39,080 bases of DNA from Actinomycetota bacterium (GCA_039198505.1 JBCCTP010000001.1:1-39080), one strand, 5' to 3'; counted from the stretch's first letter, positions 29,513 through 39,015 are shown. Numbers and translations are program-made. Notes: generated from the sequence alone by a model not told the origin.

Positions 29513-29554
29513 GGCCCGAGTCTGGCATCCCGCCGGCCCGGTGCGGATGGCCAC

Positions 29555-30493
29555 CTACCGGTCGTCGTCGATCGTCGCGACGAACGCCCGGATCGCCGTG
29601 GTGACCGCGGCGGGTTCCTCGAGGTGCGGGAAGTGTCCCGCATCGAGGAACTGCAGTCGCCCGTCGGCCACTTCGTCGGTGACCGTGTCGTACTCGTGCG
29701 GCTGTTGGCCGGGGTCGTGGCGTCCCTGGAGGAACAGCACCGGCATCGTCATGGCGCCGAAGAGGCCGTTCATCCGCTCCTCGAGTTCACGATCGAAGCC
29801 GGCCGACACGAAGCTCGCCGACATGCCCTCGGCAGCACCGGGGTGCCGGATCTCGGTCCTCATCCGGTCGATGTCCTCGTCGGCGATCGGGGTGTGCACG
29901 AGCGAGTCGCCGCCGTCGGGTCGGTCGATGACGCCGTAGGCGGCCTCGACGAGCGGTCCCGACTCGAACAACGGCACCGCCTCCGGGCTGTGGAAGAACT
30001 CGTGCGGCGGGCGTGGCTCGCTGTGCGGGCGGTTGCCCGACTGCTGCATCCGGACGTAGCCACGGATCCGGTCGGCCATGCCGTCGATGGCGCACAGGTG
30101 GTCGGCGATGACGGCACCTCGGTCGTGCGCGACGAGGACGAAGGAGTCGAGACCCAGGGAGTCGAAGAGGTCGACCCATTCGGTCGCGCAGTGGGCGTAG
30201 TCGTAGTCCGCTTCGTCGCGGGTCGGGTGGGCCGACTGGCCGTACCCCTTGAGGTCGAACGCGATGCAGTGGTACTCGCCGGCGAGGGCGCCCATCTGGT
30301 GATGCCACGCGTACCAACTCTCCGGGAATCCGTGGGCGAACACGATTGCGGGGCGGTCGGTCCCTCCCGTCGTCACCGCATGGAACGTGACGCCGCCCGC
30401 GTCGACGAAGCGGTGGGTGACCTCGACACCTGTCCAGAGCGTCTCCTCCTCCTCGTCGTGGTTCGTGGATCCTGCGGGTGCGTCGGCGGTCAT
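29555..30493 (-). CDS. Epoxide hydrolase/haloacetate dehalogenase-like alpha/beta hydrolase
   Basis: HGFPESW, DLKGYGQS, AHDRG (Asp nucleophile), DPGQ, GHFPHLE. Confidence 0.88.
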   Translation of the reverse strand: MTADAPAGSTNHDEEEETLWTGVEVTHRFVDAGGVTFHAVTTGGTDRPAIVFAHGFPESWYAWHHQMGALAGEYHCIAFDLKGYGQSAHPTRDEADYDYAHCATEWVDLFDSLGLDSFVLVAHDRGAVIADHLCAIDGMADRIRGYVRMQQSGNRPHSEPRPPHEFFHSPEAVPLFESGPLVEAAYGVIDRPDGGDSLVHTPIADEDIDRMRTEIRHPGAAEGMSASFVSAGFDRELEERMNGLFGAMTMPVLFLQGRHDPGQQPHEYDTVTDEVADGRLQFLDAGHFPHLEEPAAVTTAIRAFVATIDDDR

Positions 30494-30535
30494 GTTCGTT
30501 CGTCCGTTCGAGTGGGGGCGTGTGCGTATCGGGTG

Positions 30536-32029
30536 TCAGCGCATCGCGGCGAGGAGTGCGGTCGACGCCGTGCGGAGCTCTGTCGCATCGCAGGCGACGG
30601 CGGCCACGTAGCGGTCGGGCCGGACGATCACGGCGCCGCCGTCGGGCAGCGTCGTCGGGAGACCGCCCACGGGGACGGTCACGACGCGGCCGAGGCCTGT
30701 CCAGTCGGCGACCACGTCGGCCGCAGTGGCCTCGTCGTCGACGACCACGCCGAATCCGGGACCGATCAGCTCGTCGAGCGGGACTCCGTCGACCATCGGC
30801 TGTCGCATCTGGCGGCCGACCGACGGGTGATCACCGTCGAGCAGCCCGTGTTCGAGGTGGGGGAACGGACGCCCACCGCCGTACCCGGATTCGAGGCCGG
30901 ACTCGCCATCGCCGTGACCCGACAGCTGGTCGATCAACTTGCCGGTGTCGACCGCATGGGCGACGACCCCGGCCGCGTGGGGGAGTCGTTCCTCGGCGTA
31001 GGTGTCGAGGAGCGCATCGCCGGCGAGCCCCCGCTCGACGAGCTCGAGCTTCCACGCCAGGTTCGCGGCATCGCGAACACCGGAGCAGAGACCCTGGCCG
31101 AGGAACGGCGGCATCTGGTGCGCCGCATCACCGGCGAGGAACACCCGACCCGCTCGCATCCGTTCGGCGACCGTGGCGTGGAATCGGTACACGACGGCGC
31201 GGATCAGCTCGGCGTCGTCGGTTGTCAGCCACGGTCGCAACAGCTCCCACACCCGCTCGGGGCGGACCATCTCGTCGCGGGTCTCGCCGGGTTGCAGTTG
31301 GAACTCCCACCGTCGGTAGTCGGCATGTCCGACCACGAACGTCGTCGGACGGTGGGGGTCGCAGATCTGCTGGACCAACGCAGGCAGTGTCGTCACCGGC
31401 CTCGTGAGGCGGACGTCGAGGACCAGCCAGTCCTGGTCGTACCCCTGGTCGACGAACGGCACGCCGAGCTGCTTGCGGATCGAGCTCGACGCCCCGTCGG
31501 CCGCGATGAGCCACCGTGCCGAGCAGGTCCTGTCGATGCCGTCGAGGCTGCGGACGTCGACGTCGACGGAGACGTCACTCTGTGACACCGCCGTGACCTC
31601 GGAGCCGAGGCACAGCTCCACGCCCGCCTCCTCGGCGCTCGCCCGGAGGAAGGCCTCGAGCTCGGGCTGGTAGTAGGTGACGGTCGGGTGGTGGCCGAGC
31701 GGCCAGTCCGCGTCGTCGGGCAACTCGGCACCGACGATGCGCTCGCCGTCGACCGTGACGAACTCCGCGCCGCGGAGGGGGGTGGTGATCGCCCGCAGAT
31801 CGTCGGTGAGTCCGGCGCCCTGGAACACGCGTTGGATCTCGTCGTCCATCACGATCGCCCGCGGCAGGTCGTAGATCTCGGTCGAGCGTTCGAGCACGCG
31901 CACCGAGAACCCGCGCCGTGCGAGGAGCAGTGCGGCCGTCACGCCGACCGGTCCGCCGCCCACGACGATGAGATCGAGACCGCCTGGCGCGTCGTCCCGT
32001 TGCCTCCGCGTCCGATCGAGGTCGTTCAT
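30536..32029 (-). CDS. FAD-dependent aromatic monooxygenase, MhpA-like
   Basis: GGGPVG, QPELE, ADGASS, RRWEF, GDAAHQMPPFLGQGLCSGVRDAANLAWKL, RPDRYV. Confidence 0.93.
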   Translation of the reverse strand: MNDLDRTRRQRDDAPGGLDLIVVGGGPVGVTAALLLARRGFSVRVLERSTEIYDLPRAIVMDDEIQRVFQGAGLTDDLRAITTPLRGAEFVTVDGERIVGAELPDDADWPLGHHPTVTYYQPELEAFLRASAEEAGVELCLGSEVTAVSQSDVSVDVDVRSLDGIDRTCSARWLIAADGASSSIRKQLGVPFVDQGYDQDWLVLDVRLTRPVTTLPALVQQICDPHRPTTFVVGHADYRRWEFQLQPGETRDEMVRPERVWELLRPWLTTDDAELIRAVVYRFHATVAERMRAGRVFLAGDAAHQMPPFLGQGLCSGVRDAANLAWKLELVERGLAGDALLDTYAEERLPHAAGVVAHAVDTGKLIDQLSGHGDGESGLESGYGGGRPFPHLEHGLLDGDHPSVGRQMRQPMVDGVPLDELIGPGFGVVVDDEATAADVVADWTGLGRVVTVPVGGLPTTLPDGGAVIVRPDRYVAAVACDATELRTASTALLAAMR

Positions 32030-32694
32030 GTCGTCCTGCCGTGGTCGGGACCGAGGAGCATCGTCACCAGTGCGTCGGCGTGTGCGTCGACGAACGCGTC
32101 GTCGATCGGGTCGCCGCCCAGCAGGTGCCGGGCTTCGGGCGCATTGACGTAGGCGAGCGACGCCGCGCCGACGACCGTGTAGTACAGGACGGTCTCGTCG
32201 ATGGGTGCGACCGATCCGGTTCGGCGGAGCTCACGCCACGCGCCGGTGATGATGTCGTAGCGCGGCCGGGTGTGCCGCTCGACGATCCATGCCAGTCGAT
32301 CGGAGTCGGCGGTCGCTTCGAGCACCATGATGCGGTTGAGTTCGGGAAGTTGGGCGACGGCGCGCACGATCGCCCGGAGCCCATCGGCGAACGCATCGGG
32401 CGTGATGGCTTCGCCTGCGCCGGCGATGTCGGGAACGGCGTCACCGAGCAAGCGATCGAGCTGCTCGAACACGTGGTCGACCGCCGCCCGCCACAGCGCC
32501 TCCTTGGACTCGAAGTGGTAGTTGATCTGTGGTTGGTGCGTGCCGGCTCGCGTCGCGATCGCCCGGGTGGAGGCGCCTTCGAATCCGTGGGCCGAGAACT
32601 CTTGGACGGCAGCATCGAGGAGGGCGAGTCGGGTGGCGTCGGCGCGGGCCTGGCGACGGCGGGAGGTGCTGGTGAGTTCATCGGTGGACGGCAT
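32026..32694 (-). CDS. TetR family regulator
   Basis: STRAIATRAGTHQPQINYHFESKEALW. Stop overlaps the monooxygenase ATG. Start could be 32706. Confidence 0.92.
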   Translation of the reverse strand: MPSTDELTSTSRRRQARADATRLALLDAAVQEFSAHGFEGASTRAIATRAGTHQPQINYHFESKEALWRAAVDHVFEQLDRLLGDAVPDIAGAGEAITPDAFADGLRAIVRAVAQLPELNRIMVLEATADSDRLAWIVERHTRPRYDIITGAWRELRRTGSVAPIDETVLYYTVVGAASLAYVNAPEARHLLGGDPIDDAFVDAHADALVTMLLGPDHGRTT

Positions 32695-32707
32695 GCTGTT
32701 GACCATT

Positions 32708-32725
32708 CTCTATCAATCGATATAG
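32708..32725. promoter_or_regulatory. Imperfect palindrome CTCTATC-AATC-GATATAG, likely TetR operator
   Basis: AT-rich dyad between divergent tetR and VOC genes. Confidence 0.65.
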
Positions 32726-32782
32726 TTTGTCCAGCGGTTCGGGTGTCGACGCGACACCCAGCGAACGACAGGGAGTGCCGCC

Positions 32783-33700
32783 ATGGGATTGCACCGGCTC
32801 ACATCGATCACGCTCGGCGTTCCGGACGTCGACGCGTCTCGGACGTTCCTGACCGACTTCGGGCTCATGCCCGGTGACGACGGCTGGCTCACCACACGAG
32901 ACGGTGGCGACCAGGTCGAACTCGTCGAGTCGTCGCAGCGACGGCTCGCACGCCTCGGGCTCGGAGCGGAGGAGCCCGACGACCTGGCGCGCATCGCCCA
33001 GCGAGTCGACTCGGTCGGACTCGGCACGGTCCTCGAGTCCGGCGACGATCGACTGGTGGTCGAGGAGCCGGTCACGCGTCTCCCGGTCGAGATCACCGTC
33101 GCCGCCCGCTACGAGAACGCGGTCGAGCCCGTCGCCGTCAATCGGCCGACGCACACCGAGCGCATCGACCGCCCGGCGTCGGCCGTCCTGGCCGACGAGC
33201 CGGTCCACCCGTCGAACCTGACCCATGTCGTCTACGCCACGCCCGACCAACCGACGACGCTTCGCTTCTTCACCGACGTGGTGGGCTTCGAGATCAGCGA
33301 CCAGGTGCCGGGGATCATCGCGTTCACGCGCTGCAGCGACGTGCACCACAACCTCGCGCTGCAAGCCGGCCCTGTCGCCTACCCCCACCACATCGCCTTC
33401 GAGATGGACGAGGTCGACGACGTCGTGCGTGGGGGCATGGCCATGGTCGAGGCCGATCCCGACCGTCACACGTGGGGGCTCGGCCGACACGCCATCGGAT
33501 CGAACTGGTTCTGGTACCTCCGCGAACCGAACGGCACGTTCGTCGAGTACACGGCCGACATCGACCGCATCTCGGCCCAGGACCTCTACCGACCCAAGGA
33601 ATGGCAGGGTCACGAGTTCCTGTACTCGTTCGGACCGCCGACGCCCCAGGAGTTCCTCGAGCCGGCCGACCTGCCCGGCATCATCGCGGCCGGTGCTTGA
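32783..33700 (+). CDS. VOC-family extradiol ring-cleavage dioxygenase-like protein
   Basis: Two VOC modules. LTHVV, HHNLAL, HHIAFE, WGLGRHAIGSNWFWYLREPNGTFVEY (His/His/Glu ligands plus Tyr). Confidence 0.88.
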   Translation: MGLHRLTSITLGVPDVDASRTFLTDFGLMPGDDGWLTTRDGGDQVELVESSQRRLARLGLGAEEPDDLARIAQRVDSVGLGTVLESGDDRLVVEEPVTRLPVEITVAARYENAVEPVAVNRPTHTERIDRPASAVLADEPVHPSNLTHVVYATPDQPTTLRFFTDVVGFEISDQVPGIIAFTRCSDVHHNLALQAGPVAYPHHIAFEMDEVDDVVRGGMAMVEADPDRHTWGLGRHAIGSNWFWYLREPNGTFVEYTADIDRISAQDLYRPKEWQGHEFLYSFGPPTPQEFLEPADLPGIIAAGA

Positions 33701-33769
33701 CCGCGAACCGACCGGTCACGCCACAGCGCACACGACATCGATCCACCCGAGACCTCCAGGAGCAACGTC

Positions 33770-34624
33770 ATGGGATTCCGACTCGCCAACGTCGACGGCC
33801 GCGCAGCGCTCGTCGCCGACGACCAGTACTTCGACCTCGAGACCGTCAGCGACGGTTCGATCGGGTCCGACCCGATGGCCGCGCTCGCGTCACCTGACGA
33901 GCTGTCGGCGCTGTCGGCCTCGCTCGCCGATCGCACACCGACCGGCTCGCTGTCCGACGTCGCGCTCGGTCCGCCGGTGCCTCGGCCTCAGAAGTCCTTC
34001 GGGATCGGACTCAACTATCACGCGCACGCGACCGAGTCGTCGATGGAGATCCCCGACAACCCGCTCGTGTTCACCAAGTTCCCGTCGTGCCTCGTCGGAC
34101 CGACGGTCGACGTCGAGATGCGCAGCGACGCCTGCGACTACGAGGGGGAACTCGTCGTCGTCATCGGTCGTGGCGGCAAGGACATCGCCGCGGCCGACGC
34201 CTGGGACCACGTCGTCGGCGTCACCGTCGGCCAGGACATCTCCGACCGAGCGGCCCAGTTCGCCGCGAAGCCTCCGCACTTCGATCTCGGCAAGTCGTTC
34301 GACACCTTCGGCCCGATGGGACCGGTGCTGGTGTCGCTCGACGAGGTCGGCGACCCGAGCGATCTCCACGTCGTCACCACGGTCAACGGCGATGTGCGTC
34401 AGGACGACACGACGGCGAACCTGATCTTCGACGTGCCGACGCTCATCTCGTACCTGTCGCACATCACCACGCTCGTCACGGGCGACGTCATCTTCACCGG
34501 GACCCCCGAGGGGATCGGTGCGGCACAGGGCGCCTTCCTCGCCGACGGCGACGTGATCACCACGACCATCGACGGGATCGGAACGATGACGAATCGGTGC
34601 GTTCGGGTGTCCGACCACACGTGA
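33770..34624 (+). CDS. Fumarylacetoacetate hydrolase family protein
   Basis: IGLNYHAH, DYEGEL, QDISDR, GKSFDTFGPMGP, GDVIFTGTPEG. AGGAG RBS. Confidence 0.95.
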   Translation: MGFRLANVDGRAALVADDQYFDLETVSDGSIGSDPMAALASPDELSALSASLADRTPTGSLSDVALGPPVPRPQKSFGIGLNYHAHATESSMEIPDNPLVFTKFPSCLVGPTVDVEMRSDACDYEGELVVVIGRGGKDIAAADAWDHVVGVTVGQDISDRAAQFAAKPPHFDLGKSFDTFGPMGPVLVSLDEVGDPSDLHVVTTVNGDVRQDDTTANLIFDVPTLISYLSHITTLVTGDVIFTGTPEGIGAAQGAFLADGDVITTTIDGIGTMTNRCVRVSDHT

Positions 34625-34639
34625 CGTCCGGCCGCCGGC

Positions 34640-35227
34640 TCACTCGTGCTTGCCGACCTCCCAGCCGACGTCGGTGAGGGTCGAGCGGGCGAACGAGCCC
34701 GGTTCGTCCTCGAGCTGGGTCGCCACCGTGTCGTTCCAGCGGTTGAGCCAGCCGAAGAGCGAGATCACTCCGACGATCGAGACGATCTCCTCGGTCGAGT
34801 AATGCTTCCGGAGCTCGGCGAAGTCGTCCTCGGTGGCCGCGTTCGGCGTGATGCCGGCGTGGAACGCCAGCCGCAGGGCGGCGCGCTCGGCGTCGGTGAA
34901 GAGTTCGGAGGTCTCGAACTCCCACGCCGCGGCGATCTTGGCCGGGTCGGTCCCCTGATTCGCTGCCGTCGCCCCGGTGTGGGCCTGGCAGTAGCGACAC
35001 CCCGATGCGCTGCTCGTCACGTGGGAGACGAGGTTGATCAATTCGGGGGACAGCAGCGGATTCGCCATGACGCTGGGCGCGAGACCGAGGAAACCGTCGA
35101 GGATCGCTGGCACGTGAGCCATCGTGCGCAACGAACTCGGCACGAAGCCCATCGCTCCCTCGATGAGCGAGAAGAGCTCCTCGTACTGCGGGAGCTCCTT
35201 GCGGGGGATCGGTGGAATGTGGGGCAT
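34640..35227 (-). CDS. AhpD/carboxymuconolactone decarboxylase family protein
   Basis: SGCRYCQAH (CxxC-H), FTDAERAAL, FGWLNRWND. Confidence 0.9.
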   Translation of the reverse strand: MPHIPPIPRKELPQYEELFSLIEGAMGFVPSSLRTMAHVPAILDGFLGLAPSVMANPLLSPELINLVSHVTSSASGCRYCQAHTGATAANQGTDPAKIAAAWEFETSELFTDAERAALRLAFHAGITPNAATEDDFAELRKHYSTEEIVSIVGVISLFGWLNRWNDTVATQLEDEPGSFARSTLTDVGWEVGKHE

Positions 35228-36288
35228 CAGGACCTTTCTGTCGTGGACGCGAGTGCGCGGCGGTGCTCGGACGGGCTCTGGCCCGTCCATCGACGGAAGG
35301 CGCGGCGGAAGGCACTCTCGGTCGAGTAGCCGAGGGTGTGGGAGATCTGGAAGAGGCTCATGTCGGTGCCAGCGACCAACTGTCGGGCGTTGGCCTCGCG
35401 CACGTCGTCGATCACGGAGCTGACCGACGTGTCGAACTCGTCGACGCGTCGCTGCAGTGTTCGCAGGCTCATGCCGAGCCGCCCGGCCAGCGCAGATGCG
35501 CGGTAGTCGCCGTGCGCCGCGTTCCGCGCAGCCGCGTCGCGAATCTGGAGCAGCTCGGCCGGGTCACCTTCTCGTTCGAGCTGCTGGCGAACGAGTTCCA
35601 GGTGAGCACGAAGGACCCGAAATCGCTCGCCCGCATCGGGGTCGACCGGATCGCTCAGCCGATGGGCGTGCAGCAGCAGCGCGTTGAACGGAGCGTCGAA
35701 GTGAACCGGAGCCGAGAACACCTCGGAGTACCGCTCGACCGGCGCCTGGGCCGAGTGACGGAACCACACTCCGCGGACTGCGTCGGGCGCACCGAACACC
35801 TCGCCGATGGCGCGGGCCCCCATCGCGATGCCCATCTCGGCGTTCTGTGGGCCGAACGCATCGTCGTTCGGGTGTTCGAGGCGCAGCAGCGGGCCCGGCG
35901 AGGACTCGATCAAATCGAGGACCGCGTTGGTCGACAGGACGCTCCGATACCTGACGAAGGTCTCGAGGCCGGCGCGCAGGTCGGGCACGAGCCGGGCGAC
36001 GGGTTCGAGCGGACCGAGGAAGTGCAGTGGCGATGCGGCCACCATCTCGAAGGCCACCGGCTCGTCGGGGAACCGCTCTTGGAGGAGTCCGAGGATGCGC
36101 GACACGGCGTCCTCCGGGACTCGGTCGGGAGCTGCGACGAGCGTGCGCGGTTCGAGCCCGGCGGCATCCGCGACGGTCTCCAACGAGAGACCGCGCTGCA
36201 CTGCGTAGGCCGCCGCGGCGGCCATGAGCGTCGCCAGCATCGACGGGTCGCTCAGGGTGTCGTCAACGGCTCGGTCTTTGTCGTCCAT
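35227..36288 (-). CDS. AraC family transcriptional regulator
   Basis: C-terminal double HTH LAGRLGMSLRTLQRR...LGYSTESAFRRAFRRWTGQSP. Stop overlaps the AhpD start. Confidence 0.93.
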   Translation of the reverse strand: MDDKDRAVDDTLSDPSMLATLMAAAAAYAVQRGLSLETVADAAGLEPRTLVAAPDRVPEDAVSRILGLLQERFPDEPVAFEMVAASPLHFLGPLEPVARLVPDLRAGLETFVRYRSVLSTNAVLDLIESSPGPLLRLEHPNDDAFGPQNAEMGIAMGARAIGEVFGAPDAVRGVWFRHSAQAPVERYSEVFSAPVHFDAPFNALLLHAHRLSDPVDPDAGERFRVLRAHLELVRQQLEREGDPAELLQIRDAAARNAAHGDYRASALAGRLGMSLRTLQRRVDEFDTSVSSVIDDVREANARQLVAGTDMSLFQISHTLGYSTESAFRRAFRRWTGQSPSEHRRALASTTERS

Positions 36289-36382
36289 GGCGCGAACCGT
36301 CGAGAGGGCGGTCAGTACCTTCCGGCGCCGGTCGATGTTACGCGACCGATTCTCGACCCAGCGACGGACGCCAGGAGGCGCC

Positions 36383-37447
36383 ATGACCACGAACCCGAAA
36401 GAGATCCTGAACCTCATCAAGATCCTCTCGCCGACGACCCTGCCGAAGCTCGAATACATCTCGCGCGAGGACCTCACGCTCACGAACGTCAGGGAGGGCG
36501 GTGTGCGGGCCGACGCCCCGCTGACCTCGGACCTGCGTTACCCGGGACCGTCGAGCTACCCGCTCGGCGCCGAGAACGCACACGGTGAGGTCGAGACGAT
36601 CAACGGTGTCGAGTTCGCCCACTGGTACGCAGACGCCGACGGGGTCGTCTGGCACTTCGTGACGACCGGAGATCCCGGCAACGAGCCGTTCGTGATGGTG
36701 CACGGGTTCCCCGAGAGCTGGTTCACGTTCCACCACCAGATGGCGGACCTCTCCGACCAGTTCTACTGCATCGCCGTCGACACCCTCGGGAACGGTCAGA
36801 GCGACAAGCGGCTCGACCTCGACTACCGCTACTCGGCGATCGCCGAGTCGTTGGGAACGATGCTGGACACGATCGGGATCGACCGTTTCAACCTCGGCGG
36901 ACACGACCGAGGCTCGGTGATCTCGGACCACCTGCTCAACGTCGACGGCATGGAGCAGCGCGTCCTGCGCTACGTCCGCATGCAGCAGTCGGCCAACGAG
37001 CCCCACGGTGACCCTCAGCCCCCGCACGACATCTTCGCCCAGTCGTGGTTCCCCACCCTGATGAAGTGGACCGGCTTCCCGCGCGTCGCGTATGCGGCCG
37101 GCGGGTACCGCGTCGAGGGGATCTCCAAGGAGGTGCTCGATCGGCTCGATCACGAGGTCAAGTTCCAGGGCGTGGCCGAGGCCTCTCCTCGCCAGTTCGC
37201 CACGACCGGCTTGCAGCAGGAGCTCGAGGATCGACACGGCTTCTTGTTCGCCAAGATGACGATGCCGGTGTTGTTCCTCCAGGGCAAGCTCGACCCGGGT
37301 CAGCACGTCGAGGAGTACGAGAACACGCCCGACTTCGTCGCGAACGGCCGGGTGCAGTTCCTCGACGGCAACCACTTCTTCCAGCTCGAGGTGCCCGACG
37401 AGGCATCGGCCGCGATGCGGGAGTTCCTGTCCGAGCCCCTGCCGTGA
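36383..37447 (+). CDS. Epoxide hydrolase/haloacetate dehalogenase-like alpha/beta hydrolase (paralog of 29555-30493)
   Basis: HGFPESW, GHDRG, YVRMQQS, DPGQ, NHFFQLE. AGGAGG RBS. Confidence 0.88.
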   Translation: MTTNPKEILNLIKILSPTTLPKLEYISREDLTLTNVREGGVRADAPLTSDLRYPGPSSYPLGAENAHGEVETINGVEFAHWYADADGVVWHFVTTGDPGNEPFVMVHGFPESWFTFHHQMADLSDQFYCIAVDTLGNGQSDKRLDLDYRYSAIAESLGTMLDTIGIDRFNLGGHDRGSVISDHLLNVDGMEQRVLRYVRMQQSANEPHGDPQPPHDIFAQSWFPTLMKWTGFPRVAYAAGGYRVEGISKEVLDRLDHEVKFQGVAEASPRQFATTGLQQELEDRHGFLFAKMTMPVLFLQGKLDPGQHVEEYENTPDFVANGRVQFLDGNHFFQLEVPDEASAAMREFLSEPLP

Positions 37448-38307
37448 CGACCGGCGACGGTGAGGACGCGATCCTCGATTCGCAGGCGCCGACGCGGCAC
37501 CTCGAGGCCGACGTCGTCCTTCTCGAACTGGGTCAGGCGGGTGCCACGCGAGCGAGGACGCTGTCGGTCGGCAAGATCGTCGTGCTCTCGATGCTGGCTG
37601 GCGCGTTCATCACCGCCGGCGCGTTGCTGAGCTCGCTGCTGGTCGCCGACGTCGAGTCGACCGGACTGCGACGGTTGCTCGAGGGATTCGGCTTCTCGGT
37701 CGGGTTCTTCATGGTCGTGCTGTCGGGCGCGCTGCTGTTCACCGAGGTGAACGTCGAGCTGCCGGCGACGGCGCTGGGCGGCCGGGCGTATGACGTCCGC
37801 CATCTCGTGATCCGGTTGTGGCTCCTCGCTGCGCTCGGCAATCTCGCCGGCGCGTTCCTCGTCGGTCAGCTGATCAATCTGGCGCACGACTTCAGTGCCA
37901 CGGATCTCGCGACGCTCGTCGAGATCGCCGAGACGAAGGCGCGGTTCCGAGACGAGGGCGGCGCCGAGGGGTGGTTCCGGGCTGTCTCGTCCGGCGTCCT
38001 CGGGAACTGGCTCGTCGGGATGGCGGCCTTCCTGTCGACGATGGGTCGGACGATCATCGGAAGGTACGTGCCCGTGTTCCTCGTGGTCGTCGCGTTCGTG
38101 TCGAGCGGGTTCCTCCACAGCCCGGCCAACATGGCCTTCTACTCGCTGGTCGGCCCGATCGGTGAGGGGCCCGGATGGGCGACGGGCCTGTGGTGGGCGA
38201 TCCTGCCCGCTGCGGTCGGCAACATCGTCGGTGGGGCGGTGCTGGTCGCGCTGCCGTTCTGGTACGCCGGGACCCGCCGCCCCGACGAGGCGCGATCGGC
38301 CGCCTAG
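37444..38307 (+). CDS. Formate/nitrite transporter (FNT) family channel
   Basis: LAGAFI, LFTE, GNLAGA, GNWLV, HSPANM, GNIVGG. GTGA overlap with the hydrolase stop. Confidence 0.9.
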   Translation: MTTGDGEDAILDSQAPTRHLEADVVLLELGQAGATRARTLSVGKIVVLSMLAGAFITAGALLSSLLVADVESTGLRRLLEGFGFSVGFFMVVLSGALLFTEVNVELPATALGGRAYDVRHLVIRLWLLAALGNLAGAFLVGQLINLAHDFSATDLATLVEIAETKARFRDEGGAEGWFRAVSSGVLGNWLVGMAAFLSTMGRTIIGRYVPVFLVVVAFVSSGFLHSPANMAFYSLVGPIGEGPGWATGLWWAILPAAVGNIVGGAVLVALPFWYAGTRRPDEARSAA

Positions 38308-38909
38308 CCCGCTGTCGCATCGCTGCGGCCGGCCGACTCGATCATCGCGGCGGTGGCGTCGGCCAGCGCGGTGAGACGCGTGCGGTAGACCTTCGCGGTC
38401 GGAGCGTCGTGCTTCAGGCCGAGGGGGCCCAGCTCGAGGAGTTCGGCGGCGCGGCGGGCGAGTCGTCGGTCGCCGTCGGTGATGTCGATCAGTCTCCGCT
38501 CGAGAGTTCGGCGACGGCGTGCGTGCGCCTCGTCGGCGACGTCGCTGGCGGTGGCGCCGCGAGCTTCGAGGAGTTCGTCGCCGTGTGCGCTGCCGAGTAG
38601 CGGGCCGATGACGTCGCCGCGGTATCGCTGGAGGTAGCCGTCGAATCGATCGGCCAGGTGACCGGCGGAGGAGAGTGCAGCGAGAGCGGCCCGGTTGGCG
38701 TCGTCGAGGATCTCGGACAGCGCCGATCGGAAAATCTCGTCTCGGTTCGCGAAGTGTTGGTAGAGGGCCGGGCGGGAGAGTCCCGACGCCTCGGCGATGG
38801 CGGCCATCGACGTCGCCGAGTACCCGCGCTCGGCGAAGAGCGCTATCGCCGCCGAGCGCACGGAGGCGAGACGGCTCTCGAGTTCGTCGGGTGGGAGCGC
38901 AGCCGGCAC
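38304..38909 (-). CDS. TetR family regulator
   Basis: TSMAAIAEASGLSRPALYQHFANRDEIF. Confidence 0.92.
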   Translation of the reverse strand: MPAALPPDELESRLASVRSAAIALFAERGYSATSMAAIAEASGLSRPALYQHFANRDEIFRSALSEILDDANRAALAALSSAGHLADRFDGYLQRYRGDVIGPLLGSAHGDELLEARGATASDVADEAHARRRRTLERRLIDITDGDRRLARRAAELLELGPLGLKHDAPTAKVYRTRLTALADATAAMIESAGRSDATAG

Positions 38910-38918
38910 GACGCCATC

Positions 38919-38981
38919 TTGACATCCGAGCACCCCGTTGTCAGGATGCGTCCTGACAGATGATGACTCGATTGTCAGAAT
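38919..38981. promoter_or_regulatory. Tandem TGACA-N14-TGTCA operators overlapping divergent promoters
   Basis: Copies at 38920-38943 and 38954-38977, central perfect IR TGTCAGGA-tgcg-TCCTGACA, TTGACA at 38919. Confidence 0.8.
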
Positions 38982-39015
38982 GTCGCACTGCGTCGTCCAA
39001 CGAAGGGAAGCTCTC

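Noticed and set aside
29297-31585. 762-aa plus-strand ORF
   Set aside because: Antisense shadow of the hydrolase and monooxygenase genes.
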